Assembly: GCA_041666545.1 (NCBI GenBank) | Contig: JBAYGS010000006.1 | Coordinates: 1,154-65,153 of the forward strand | DNA from: Minisyncoccota bacterium | Lineage (GTDB): Bacteria; Patescibacteriota; Minisyncoccia; Phycocordibacterales; JBAYGS01 | Direction of reading: 5' to 3' | Length of the DNA: 64,000 bases | In this document: positions 47,917-56,698 of the stretch, piece after piece | How positions within the stretch are numbered: the stretch's first letter is position 1 | How the letters are laid out: the number at the start of each line of letters is the position of its first letter | The notes under the pieces: generated by a model | Database searches by the model: none | Told to the model about the DNA's origin: nothing | What the model saw: the letters and a program-made list of their open reading frames with translations, nothing else | Position numbers and translations under genes: made by a program

Positions 47917-48414
47917 CTAAACCAAACCAGCCCCGCCGTCAAGCCGGAGGTCAATCATTGCCTCACTTTCGTCTGATTTCGAGGCAAATCTGGGCCAGAC
48001 CGCACCTTTGGGCTGAACCAGAACCCCCCAGCGAATCAACCGCCGGATAATCTTGTCCAGGGCCGCCATTTGCCATTCATTGCTACCGTCCAGAACAGCG
48101 ATTGTCCCCGGCTTCAAGTGACAAAAGCGCCGGAGTCTAGCGCCAATCCTGAAAAATTCAACTGGCAATCTTTTTCCGAACCGCTCCTTGTCACCGGCAG
48201 AATGGGAACGCTGTTTCAGGCCCCAAGTCTGATTCTTCAGTCGCAAAGTGATGTCCTTGGGGCAAGTATTCAACCAGGTAATTTCGCCCATTTCGGTTAT
48301 CTCAACAAAAATCAGATTGCGCAATTTCGGCTGACCCTTCGAGATGAACTTTTCACACTTGGCTTCCGTCATAATCCCCTCCGGTTGATGGTTGTGGTCG
48401 GTTTTCGAGCCCAA
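47917..48414 (-). CDS. Hypothetical protein, GC-rich
   Basis: 165-aa ORF with elevated GC and no motif assigned. Confidence 0.35.
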   Translation of the reverse strand: MGSKTDHNHQPEGIMTEAKCEKFISKGQPKLRNLIFVEITEMGEITWLNTCPKDITLRLKNQTWGLKQRSHSAGDKERFGKRLPVEFFRIGARLRRFCHLKPGTIAVLDGSNEWQMAALDKIIRRLIRWGVLVQPKGAVWPRFASKSDESEAMIDLRLDGGAGLV

Positions 48415-48451
48415 AGCTCGCCTTAAAGAACTATCGGCAGTCTAGCAATAC

Positions 48452-48479
48452 AAAAAGCCGGCTGCAAGGCCGGCTTTTT
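48452..48479 (-). terminator. Terminator of the 48497..49294 gene
   Basis: AAAAAGCCGGC-TGCAA-GCCGGCTTTTT. Confidence 0.55.
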
Positions 48480-48496
48480 GATCTACTTTTTCTTGA

Positions 48497-49294
48497 CTAG
48501 CGGATCTCGTAAGTAATCATCACATTAGAGGTGATGGTATTTTTCCCAACCGGGACAGAGGGGGCCGACACGACATCGCCACCCATACCCATAGCCTCAC
48601 TTTTGCTGTAGTAAATCGGGTAATTGCCACCCTCAGAGAAGTTAACAATTCTCACTAGACGGACCCCCAACTCATCGGCCAACTTGTCAGCCTGAACCTT
48701 GGCGTCAGTAATAGCTTTGGTGCGAGCTTCCAACTTCAAGGTATCTTCCTTATCCACTTTGAAGGTAAGCCCGCTTACATTCTGAACACCGAGACCGCCA
48801 AGACCACTTAGGATTTTGCCGGCATTAGCAATCTCCTTAATTTTTACCTCAAAGCCTTGGCTGACTTCATAACCACTCAAGACTTGTCGGCCGTAAATGT
48901 TCACATCCGATTTAACATAATCGTACCGAGGTGAAATGCTGTAATAAGTTGTTTTAATGTCCGACTCTTCAATCCCTGATTTTTTCAGAAAGTCGACAGC
49001 CGAATTTCCAAGTTTGGTCGCATCTTTTTGAGCATCCGAGACATTCATTTTAAGTCCGGTGACTGAAAAAGAAACTGACGCTGTATCCGGAATCGCCACA
49101 ACCTCGCCTTTGCCATTTACAGTAATCGTGGTTTGGGCTGGCACTTCGCGACCGATATAACCATAACTTTTAATCTCACTTACCGTTTTAGCCAACAAGA
49201 AAAGCGCGAGCAAAATCAGAGCCGTAGCCACCGCTTTTTTAACGCAGCCATGACCAGAAACGCAACACATTTTTTGATTATCTTTATTATCCAT
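48497..49294 (-). CDS. SIMPL/DUF541-like periplasmic protein
   Basis: N-terminal TM helix. About 230-aa domain with a SIMPL-like pattern (ITVNGKGEV...PDTA...YSISPRYDY). Confidence 0.5.
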   Translation of the reverse strand: MDNKDNQKMCCVSGHGCVKKAVATALILLALFLLAKTVSEIKSYGYIGREVPAQTTITVNGKGEVVAIPDTASVSFSVTGLKMNVSDAQKDATKLGNSAVDFLKKSGIEESDIKTTYYSISPRYDYVKSDVNIYGRQVLSGYEVSQGFEVKIKEIANAGKILSGLGGLGVQNVSGLTFKVDKEDTLKLEARTKAITDAKVQADKLADELGVRLVRIVNFSEGGNYPIYYSKSEAMGMGGDVVSAPSVPVGKNTITSNVMITYEIR

Positions 49295-49331
49295 ATGATT
49301 AAATTAGCTATTAATATTTTTGATTCTTAGA

Positions 49332-50210
49332 TTATACCTGGCGGACAGAATTTTGCATCTTGTAGGCCATTAGTAAATTTTCAAACAATGCTGCCACAGT
49401 CATTGGCCCAACCCCGCCGGGCACGGGTGAGATGGCGGAAACCAGACCCTCCGCCTGTTTAAAATCAACATCACCAACCAACTTGGCCCCGGAAATTTCT
49501 TCAGCCAATTTATCGCCAGAGACTGAATTAACGCCGACATCAACTACGACCTGACCTTTTCGCAAATAACTCGCGTCAACCCTTTGAGCTTTGCCAATTG
49601 CCACGACCAGAATATCCGCCCAACTTGTCACCTCCTTAGGTTTTTCGGTTTGAGTATGCACAACTTTTACCTCCGCACCTTTAAGCGCGAGCAACTTAGC
49701 AGTCGGGCCGCCAACCAAGGCCGAACGCCCCATGACGGTCACTCTCTTGCCGACAACTGAAATTTGGTAGTACTCCAATAACTCAAAAATTCCTCTGGCT
49801 GTGGCAGGGATTAATCTCGGCTGACCATCGGCTAAAAATTTTTGATTCGAGGTTGTCAGGCCATCAACATCTTTTAACGGGTCGATTGTGTCGATGACTT
49901 CCTGCCGATTTAAACTCGAAGGTAGCGGGATTTGGATAATGACGCCGTGGACCGTCCGATCGGAATTTAAACTCCTAATTTTGGCAATGATTTCTGACTG
50001 AACCGCCGATTCAGGAAAATTAAAAATTTTGACTCGCGCTCCAATTTTCTCACCAAAAATTTTTTTCTGCTTGATGTAAGCGGTCGAGCGAGAATCATTA
50101 CCAACCTGAAGAATCGCCAACAGCGGTTTGTCAGCAAGTTTTTCAATTTCTTCGGTCAAACTGAGAGCAATTTGATCGCGAACCGTTCGGCCATAAAGTA
50201 TCTTTGGCAT
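49332..50210 (-). CDS. folD: Bifunctional methylene-THF dehydrogenase/methenyl-THF cyclohydrolase
   Basis: Full-length FolD-like sequence with the NADP Rossmann region GRSALVGGP. Confidence 0.9.
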   Translation of the reverse strand: MPKILYGRTVRDQIALSLTEEIEKLADKPLLAILQVGNDSRSTAYIKQKKIFGEKIGARVKIFNFPESAVQSEIIAKIRSLNSDRTVHGVIIQIPLPSSLNRQEVIDTIDPLKDVDGLTTSNQKFLADGQPRLIPATARGIFELLEYYQISVVGKRVTVMGRSALVGGPTAKLLALKGAEVKVVHTQTEKPKEVTSWADILVVAIGKAQRVDASYLRKGQVVVDVGVNSVSGDKLAEEISGAKLVGDVDFKQAEGLVSAISPVPGGVGPMTVAALFENLLMAYKMQNSVRQV

Positions 50211-50225
50211 ACCGGCTATTATAGC

Positions 50226-50738
50226 CTAAGACCGAAAAAGATTAACCGTTCGGGAAATTTCTTCACAGATACCGTCAATACATTGGTATTCCTTAACCTC
50301 GTCCTCGTTTACCCATGCAAACTCTGTAAAACCACCTTTTTCCGGGACAACTTCCCCGCCCCTATATTTAGCAGCAAATTTTACCAAAACTACCGGGGTT
50401 TCATCCGGCCGAATAAAAGCGACGCTGTTTGAGTAATGAAGTTCTTTTTCGATTTCTACTCCGGCTTCTTCGAGCGATTCACGCGCCAGCAAATCTTCAA
50501 CGGAATTTTCAAAATCCAAAACCTCGCCATTTAATCTGGTCGGCTTACCAATCGGCAAATCACGCCACTCTAATTTGCCACCCGGCACTCCCCAGCGACC
50601 CGGGTGGACTTTTTCCCTCTCATCCCTCTTCAAGATCAAGCAACGTCCATCGCTCTCGCGATAAATAACCACATTCGCGACAAAATAAAAGAGTTTGTCC
50701 TTCTTGGCGTTATCCAAACTGATTTTTGAAGCCAGCAT
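50226..50738 (-). CDS. NUDIX hydrolase
   Basis: Nudix box GGKLEW...RESLEEAGVEI. Confidence 0.7.
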   Translation of the reverse strand: MLASKISLDNAKKDKLFYFVANVVIYRESDGRCLILKRDEREKVHPGRWGVPGGKLEWRDLPIGKPTRLNGEVLDFENSVEDLLARESLEEAGVEIEKELHYSNSVAFIRPDETPVVLVKFAAKYRGGEVVPEKGGFTEFAWVNEDEVKEYQCIDGICEEISRTVNLFRS

Positions 50739-50739
50739 T

Positions 50740-51291
50740 TTAATTCGTTTTTAGAAATTTGGCTAAAACCGGGCCGACCAACTTAACCATAATATAGGCT
50801 GTGATAATGCCTAAAATTGCCCCAGCCAAAATGTCCGAGGGATAATGGACTCCGGCCGCGATTCGAGCAACACCAATAACCGCCGCCAAGACAAAAAGCC
50901 AGTTGCCGGCGCGTGGGTTGTAAAAATAGACAGCCGCCGCCAGAGCGAAAAAGAAGATAGTGTGACCAGACGGAAAAGAATAGGAACTCTCAGAAAACAA
51001 CTTAGATACGCTGTGATATACAAACGGCCGTGGTCGATGATAAAAGAGTCGAATTATTTCCGCCACCCCGAAACGAGCGACCAAACCGCTAAATAAGGCC
51101 ATCGTCCCAACCTGTAGACGCAAGCCCACTTCAGCCTTTGAACGCCAGAGCCAAAACAAAAGGCCGGCCACAACAAAGTAAGGCAGATAGTTGGCCAGAA
51201 AAACTATCACACCATCAGCCACCGACCCCATACCGGCAGATCCGTTTAAGGCGCTAAAAACTTTTAAATCGAAGTTGTAAATAGTTTGCAC
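50740..51291 (-). CDS. PAP2-family membrane phosphatase
   Basis: KxxxxxxRP (YHRPRP). PSGH. SRxxxxxHxxxD-like (VHYPSDILAG). Confidence 0.85.
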   Translation of the reverse strand: MQTIYNFDLKVFSALNGSAGMGSVADGVIVFLANYLPYFVVAGLLFWLWRSKAEVGLRLQVGTMALFSGLVARFGVAEIIRLFYHRPRPFVYHSVSKLFSESSYSFPSGHTIFFFALAAAVYFYNPRAGNWLFVLAAVIGVARIAAGVHYPSDILAGAILGIITAYIMVKLVGPVLAKFLKTN

Positions 51292-51332
51292 CTGAAAATT
51301 ATAGCAACAAAATCTGGACTTGCCGAGACAGC

Positions 51333-52391
51333 TCAGCTAGCAATTACCTTAAACTTAATTCTCCTTAAAATTTGCCCGGATTCCGTTTCCACATTGACCC
51401 GCCAAAGTCCAGGTGCCAGACCGGACTTGACTGAATAAGTTCGGTAGCCGCCTTCCCGACCGCCACTAATTGAAAGTGGCACTTTGTCTGCCGAAACCCA
51501 AACTCCATCTGTTTCGTCGTAATATTGCCAAATATGAAAAATTTTTAGGGAAAAATCTGTCGGAGCAAAAATAGCACTAAAAGCATATGCGGAGTCGGCC
51601 GGACTTAAATGAATTGGTTGGTATGGTCTAAACCAATCCGACAGTCCCCAAGAAGTCTTGGTTTCAAAACCCAGAGAGTAACTGCCGTCTTGATTTTTGG
51701 AGACAGAATGATAGACACCTGAATCCTTAACGGTGAGCGGGATTGGCGGAATGGTGTTGGTAAAATAAAGTACATTGATGGTGAAAAAAATTCCACCGAT
51801 GGTCCAAATCAGTTTTCGCCGATTTTCTTCAAGCCGAATCGGTATTAACAAGTGCAACAGCTTGATAAACAAATAAACGGCAACCAGACTGACAAAGCCA
51901 CTAAGAATGAAGGTTCCGGTGTTAATTCTTTTAACTAAAATCGGCACGAGAAAAATCAGATACGAAAACAGCACAAAATAAAACATTCCTACCTGTAGTT
52001 GGAGCCTGGCATACTTTGCTTTAAGTAGCTCATTGCCAAAAAGTTGCGCGACCAGAAGCAGAAGAAACGGCCAGCTTTGAACAAAATCGGCGCTACGAGA
52101 GTAAAAAACCAGAAAGCCACTCCAAAGTCCGCCAATTGCAAACTGCATCGCAATCAAGAAAAATGGATGGAGACCAGAAAGCAATTTTTTGCCCCAGTTT
52201 TTTTCTTCTGCAATGTTGAGGAGCAAGATTGATATGGTTATCACCATCAAGTAAGCCAGAAAAGCCAGATTCTCGGCATAGCGGTCAATCCGCTTAAGCG
52301 TCAGGTTATCAATAACAAAGCCCGCTACCATCGCGAGCGAAGATAGACCTCTTTCGTGTCGAAAAAAGAAATTTTTAATTTTTTGCCACAT
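51333..52391 (-). CDS. Polytopic membrane protein with a C-terminal extracytoplasmic domain
   Basis: 352 aa. Overlaps the upstream C39-like gene by 17 nt. Confidence 0.45.
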   Translation of the reverse strand: MWQKIKNFFFRHERGLSSLAMVAGFVIDNLTLKRIDRYAENLAFLAYLMVITISILLLNIAEEKNWGKKLLSGLHPFFLIAMQFAIGGLWSGFLVFYSRSADFVQSWPFLLLLVAQLFGNELLKAKYARLQLQVGMFYFVLFSYLIFLVPILVKRINTGTFILSGFVSLVAVYLFIKLLHLLIPIRLEENRRKLIWTIGGIFFTINVLYFTNTIPPIPLTVKDSGVYHSVSKNQDGSYSLGFETKTSWGLSDWFRPYQPIHLSPADSAYAFSAIFAPTDFSLKIFHIWQYYDETDGVWVSADKVPLSISGGREGGYRTYSVKSGLAPGLWRVNVETESGQILRRIKFKVIAS

Positions 52392-52848
52392 GTTGAAAAT
52401 GCTTTGGCAAAATTGCCATTAGCCAATGAGTCGAGGTGCCGGCACCATTGATCCAGCGCTTTTCAAAAGCCTCGATTGTGAGTTTGAACCCCTTTCCGTC
52501 CCAAGGATCATTCAAAAAAATATGGCCAACCTCACAGCCTATAACTACCGCATAGTGGCCCTCATTGCTTTCAGGCTCCAGAAAATTAACAATCACGGGA
52601 ATATTTTTAGATAAAAACTCCTTAAGGTCATCGTGACTAGCGAAATCGGCTTCGTGAACATGAAAACCATCCTTTCTGACAAAATCAATCATTGCTTGAT
52701 GAGAAGTCCCAAAATCTTTGTTTGAACCAAGAACTTCCGCTAGATGTTTTTCACTATAAATCTCGCCATAAAATCGCAAAACCATCTGCAAAGCTGCCGC
52801 CCCGCAGGAATAATTGTTATCTTGCTTGAAATACGGGACTTTGAGCAT
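52375..52848 (-). CDS. Standalone peptidase C39-like (papain-fold Cys peptidase) domain protein
   Basis: YFKQDNNYSCGAAALQMVLRFYG (catalytic Cys). Downstream His in EGHYAVVIG. Confidence 0.7.
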   Translation of the reverse strand: MLKVPYFKQDNNYSCGAAALQMVLRFYGEIYSEKHLAEVLGSNKDFGTSHQAMIDFVRKDGFHVHEADFASHDDLKEFLSKNIPVIVNFLEPESNEGHYAVVIGCEVGHIFLNDPWDGKGFKLTIEAFEKRWINGAGTSTHWLMAILPKHFQHVAKN

Positions 52849-52853
52849 TCAAA

Positions 52854-53270
52854 TTACTGGCTAAGACCCGTACTAGTCCTTTCCTTAAAATTATCGACCG
52901 AGAAACCGCCTGCTCCTTGCAAGAAGATAACCAGAGTGGCGATAGACAGCCCAAAATCTCTAATACCCAAGGCATTCCAACCAATCGTGAAAGTTATTCC
53001 GAACAAATGAAGCGCCAGAAGCAGAGCCACTGGCCGAGTGTAGGTACCGAGAATTAAAAGAACCGCTCCGACAATCTCAAACCACCCATTGAGTAAAACA
53101 AATTTGACGGCCGAGATTGGCGCGATTGAAATAAAACTGGGTAAAAAGGAAGTCCACTGAGTCGGGTTTGCCAACTGGCTGAAGCCGAACCACAGGAAAA
53201 CAATGGCTAAGCCGAAGCGCAAAATTACCGGCCCAGCTTTCTCCAAATTTTCAAATTTATTTGACTCCAT
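52854..53270 (-). CDS. DoxX-family membrane protein
   Basis: 138 aa with 4 TM helices. N-terminal region family-like (ILRFGLAIVFLWFG). Confidence 0.75.
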   Translation of the reverse strand: MESNKFENLEKAGPVILRFGLAIVFLWFGFSQLANPTQWTSFLPSFISIAPISAVKFVLLNGWFEIVGAVLLILGTYTRPVALLLALHLFGITFTIGWNALGIRDFGLSIATLVIFLQGAGGFSVDNFKERTSTGLSQ

Positions 53271-53280
53271 TGAAGTTTAG

Positions 53281-53694
53281 TTAATTTTTAAGAACGCCGA
53301 TTTTAAAACTTACGAGCTCCTCTGCCGGCTTGCTCTGCCCGCCGTGTTGGTTGTCAAAAGCGCTGGAACCATCAACCCCGCAAAGCGACAAAATTGCATC
53401 AGAACCTCCTGGGTGCCGTTCAATAAAAGATGTCACATCATAAACTCCCCCAGCAATAGCCACCCAGCAGCTTGCGCCGGAATTATGCCTCGCGACTTCC
53501 GCCAAAGTGTAGCCACCGGCAGAAATCGCACCTGAACCATCGCTAACAGTTCGGGTCGCCCCACCAGTGCCCATGCCCGAACCAAAAGCGTCGAGATTGG
53601 GCTTAGTCGCTTCCGACTTGATTACAATAACTAGACTGCCGATTACAAAAATGGCCAAGGCCAAAAAACCAATAGTCTTTTTAAAACAGGTCAT
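53281..53694 (-). CDS. Membrane-anchored cytochrome b5-like heme-binding domain protein
   Basis: YTLAEVARHNSGASCWVAIAGGVYDVTSFIERHPGG (HPGG motif). Confidence 0.6.
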   Translation of the reverse strand: MTCFKKTIGFLALAIFVIGSLVIVIKSEATKPNLDAFGSGMGTGGATRTVSDGSGAISAGGYTLAEVARHNSGASCWVAIAGGVYDVTSFIERHPGGSDAILSLCGVDGSSAFDNQHGGQSKPAEELVSFKIGVLKN

Positions 53695-53742
53695 AATTAA
53701 AATTGCGAACTAAGAATAACTAAAAAATTAATAAGGCCGGCG

Positions 53743-54141
53743 TCAGATTTTTGGCAAAATCCAACGACTGGAGATAGTATAAGACAAAAATCCCAATAGC
53801 CCTAGTTGAACTGCCGGAGTCAGGCCGACATTTAAAATTGGCACTATCGGCATCAGATCAGTGTAAGCCCAGCGGCCGGTGGCAAGAGCAAATTTTTCTA
53901 TTAGAACCGCCAAGATTAGACCCGGAATCGCAACCCCAAAACCGGCATGCTTAACTTTTGGATAAAAGATAAAAGGCCAGCAGATTATCGAGATAAAAAT
54001 TGCATCAAACAGCGTGGCCCGGAGCAAAATAAACTCGGTTATTGCCCCACCCTGATAATTGGCATACAAGAAAGCGTGCCAATTTTCCCAAATCAAATTT
54101 AAAATAAATCCCAGGACAAAAATTGCTAACAATTTTTTCAC
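53743..54141 (-). CDS. Membrane protein of unknown function
   Basis: 132 aa with 4 TM helices. Confidence 0.4.
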   Translation of the reverse strand: MKKLLAIFVLGFILNLIWENWHAFLYANYQGGAITEFILLRATLFDAIFISIICWPFIFYPKVKHAGFGVAIPGLILAVLIEKFALATGRWAYTDLMPIVPILNVGLTPAVQLGLLGFLSYTISSRWILPKI

Positions 54142-54154
54142 GGTATTACCTTAA

Positions 54155-54553
54155 CTAATTGCTAAAGTTAATCTCAAAAGGATACATGCCCATACCGCAA
54201 CTGCCCTGGAGACGGCCGGCTGATTGCAGACCCAAATCAATATCGGTTGAACCGCTTGTTGCCAGGAATTGGCTAATTTTTAAGCTCGGGATAATCACAG
54301 AAGCGGAACAGTCAAAAGTCCCGTTGGTATTGAAACGCAAAATCGTCGGTAGCCCAGCTTTAGCGTTACTAATTCTTGGCTGATAACCTCCCTTGGCGCG
54401 AATCTGGACAATTTGCACTCCATTTTCAATCGACACATTATTGGCTGGCAGACCGTTCTCCAGACTGCCATTTGAATTATTTTTGGCCAACGCAAAAGCA
54501 CCGATGATAAGAAGAACGGCAATTGAAATTGAAATGACTGTTGATTTCATCAT
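54155..54553 (-). CDS. Secreted cupredoxin-like domain protein (CGMGM-type, PF13473-like)
   Basis: Signal/TM helix. C-terminal ...GSCGMGMYPFEINF motif typical of the copper-locus cupredoxin-like family. Confidence 0.6.
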   Translation of the reverse strand: MMKSTVISISIAVLLIIGAFALAKNNSNGSLENGLPANNVSIENGVQIVQIRAKGGYQPRISNAKAGLPTILRFNTNGTFDCSASVIIPSLKISQFLATSGSTDIDLGLQSAGRLQGSCGMGMYPFEINFSN

Positions 54554-54554
54554 G

Positions 54555-54806
54555 TTAGAGACCGGAAACGCCTAACCTCTGTCTCAGGTAGCGCTTGCCC
54601 ATCCCAGATTTTAAAAATAATTCTCTCGCCTTGGCACGACTTTCATCAAGACAAGCTTCATAATATAACAATTCAAACGGAAGTCTGCTTTTTGTATAAT
54701 TTGAGCGTCCGGTATTATGTTGGTTAAGGCGTTTCCGAAGGTCACCGGTTGAACCCGTATAAAATGTACCGTCCTTCAAGCTTTTAATAAAATATGTGTA
54801 ATACAT
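54555..54806 (-). CDS. GIY-YIG nuclease-domain protein (start probably at MYYTYF, 54806)
   Basis: MYYTYFIKSLKDGTFYTGSTGDLRKRLNQHN is a canonical GIY-YIG core. The 54875 start would read through the MITE TIR. Confidence 0.75.
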   Translation of the reverse strand: MYYTYFIKSLKDGTFYTGSTGDLRKRLNQHNTGRSNYTKSRLPFELLYYEACLDESRAKARELFLKSGMGKRYLRQRLGVSGL

Positions 54807-54833
54807 AACCTTGCGGTCTCTAACAGGATTAAT

Positions 54834-54950
54834 CCCGTTAGAAATATTTTGTTGTGTTATGCGGCTCATCATCAATGTAATTTATTTAGCTAATATAGTT
54901 ACTTATATCTAATCAATCTGGCCATTTACTAATGGCCAATTTCTAACGGG
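54834..54950. mobile_element. MITE-like element copy 4 (117 bp, short form). TIRs are CCCGTTAGAAAT at 54834-54845 and ATTTCTAACGGG at 54939-54950
   Basis: Perfect TIRs. TGGCCATT-AGTA-AATGGCCA internal hairpin. No flanking duplication. A degenerate extra TIR TCTCTAACAGG lies at 54818-54828. Confidence 0.55.
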
Positions 54951-54951
54951 A

Positions 54952-55986
54952 CTAAAAGTTAAAAATTGGCGGGATTAAACCGACCACCACTAAACTGTTA
55001 ATCAGGTTAAATATAGCAAACAAAATCACGACCAGGCCAGCAGACTTAAAAAATATCCCTGACTTGGAGCTATTCTTGATGCTAAATGAACTAAAACTCA
55101 AAATTGCGAGAACTGGTAGAGTACCCAAGGCAAAGGAAAGCATGGTGAGCGCGCCAGATAGAAAATTTCCGGTTGAAAGCGCAAAAATCTGCATCGATTG
55201 GGTAAAACCGCACGGCAAAAAGAAAGTGGCGATACCGACCAGAGCCGGCGTCAGGGTGTGATTAATTTTCGCCACACCTAAAGCATGCTTAGAGATAAAT
55301 TTTGGCGCGGTCAGCTGAAACCTTTTGGCGAAATGAAAGGTATCGAGTAAATTAATACCGAGCACGAGCATCACCAAGCCAATAATTAAATTCAGAACAA
55401 AGGTGGCCGAGGTACTCAGGGTAAAAGCCGAACCAATGGCCCCGATTACTCCTCCAAGAATAAAGAAGGAAATTATTCTTCCGAGATGAAATAAAATTTG
55501 CGGTCGAACTTTATCCCCTTCTTTGGCAAAAGTAGCCGACATTGAGAGAACTAACCCACCAACCACCGCCATACAACTTGAAAGTGAGGCGATGACCCCG
55601 ATAACAAAAGCCGTGCCGAAAGACACTTTGCTCGCACTCACCAAATTCACAATTCCCATTTTTTGCAGAGCCACAAAAAGCACTGCGAAGCCCAAAGCTA
55701 CCGGAACTGCGATTTTAAAATCACCCCAATCGCCAGTCTTGGTTTGTTTCTCAACTGACAAGCTGTAACCTCGGGGAGCCAAGATTTTGGAAAGCTCTTC
55801 GGTAATGACCGCTTCGGCTTTATCGCCAAAATCACCAACAACCTCAACAGTAAAATGCTTGAGGTCAGCTTTTACTTTTGAAATATTGGGCAAATCATTA
55901 AGCTCACCCTCAATTAAAAGCACGCAAGATGCGCAGTGCATGCCATTAACGTGAAAATTGTAAATTTGTGATGCCATAAAACACAA
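54952..55986 (-). CDS. HMA (heavy-metal-associated) domain fused to a DsbD_2/CcdA-like polytopic membrane domain
   Basis: GMHCASC metal-binding motif. TM Cys motifs SSCMAVVGG and FLPCGFTQ. Confidence 0.6.
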   Translation of the reverse strand: MCFMASQIYNFHVNGMHCASCVLLIEGELNDLPNISKVKADLKHFTVEVVGDFGDKAEAVITEELSKILAPRGYSLSVEKQTKTGDWGDFKIAVPVALGFAVLFVALQKMGIVNLVSASKVSFGTAFVIGVIASLSSCMAVVGGLVLSMSATFAKEGDKVRPQILFHLGRIISFFILGGVIGAIGSAFTLSTSATFVLNLIIGLVMLVLGINLLDTFHFAKRFQLTAPKFISKHALGVAKINHTLTPALVGIATFFLPCGFTQSMQIFALSTGNFLSGALTMLSFALGTLPVLAILSFSSFSIKNSSKSGIFFKSAGLVVILFAIFNLINSLVVVGLIPPIFNF

Positions 55987-56008
55987 CCATTATACAGGAA
56001 ACTTACTG

Positions 56009-56042
56009 TCTGACTACTTTAACGGCTCATATGGTGTATATG
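56009..56042. promoter_or_regulatory. 14-bp-stem perfect palindrome (TTAACGGCTCATAT-GGTGT-ATATGAGCCGTTAA) between two minus-strand genes
   Basis: Seen directly. No T-run follows, so it is not a classic terminator. Confidence 0.4.
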
Positions 56043-56076
56043 AGCCGTTAACCACAACTGAGAGCTGCCTAGGTCT

Positions 56077-56343
56077 CTACTCCCCTCTCAAACTGGAGTT
56101 GTGCATCCAGACCATATAGGAACCGAAAATCCAAGCGAAGACCAAGACGTAGACCGCCCCGAGAACAATACTTCCCCAACTGCCCCAGACAAAACCAGGC
56201 AAGGTTTCAAAAAGTTGGCGATGAAGCTCCGTCCCGACCGCTGTCCGCCAAGGCAAGTAACCACCCAAAAGGCAGAGAACATAAATCACCTCGACTCCCA
56301 AAATACACTTCCAAATGTAAGACTTCAGTGATAATTTTCCCAT
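56077..56343 (-). CDS. Small membrane protein
   Basis: 88 aa with 2 TM helices. Confidence 0.3.
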   Translation of the reverse strand: MGKLSLKSYIWKCILGVEVIYVLCLLGGYLPWRTAVGTELHRQLFETLPGFVWGSWGSIVLGAVYVLVFAWIFGSYMVWMHNSSLRGE

Positions 56344-56409
56344 TTTTTAATATTAAGCTGATAATACCGATAAAATCCCCACACGTTTACCGTGCGAGGA
56401 TTTTAGAAA

Positions 56410-56658
56410 TTACTCCAAATCTTTCCTCCTGGCCTCGAATTCCGCCTTGTCGATCTCACCCTTGGCATAACGCTCTTTGAGAATATCAAGCGCCTTTTTA
56501 CTGCCACTTGAACTACCGCCGTTATTCTTGCCTGAAACTTCCTTGACCGCCCAGACAATCAAAAAAAATATCGCCACCCAGAAAATAATCATCATAAAAC
56601 CCCCGAGAAATCCCATACCTCCGCCATAAAACCCATCGCCAAAATAATATCCCATCAT
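56410..56658 (-). CDS. SHOCT-domain small membrane protein
   Basis: Gly-rich N-terminus and a TM helix. C-terminus ALDILKERYAKGEIDKAEFEARRKDL matches SHOCT. Confidence 0.6.
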   Translation of the reverse strand: MMGYYFGDGFYGGGMGFLGGFMMIIFWVAIFFLIVWAVKEVSGKNNGGSSSGSKKALDILKERYAKGEIDKAEFEARRKDLE

Positions 56659-56698
56659 ATTTTTATTTAACTAGTAATTTTTGATAATTATACACCAA

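Noticed and set aside
47917-48414. NYN/PIN-like nuclease call for the GC-rich ORF (VLDGSNEWQ)
   Set aside because: The motif is in the wrong position and too weak. Left as hypothetical.
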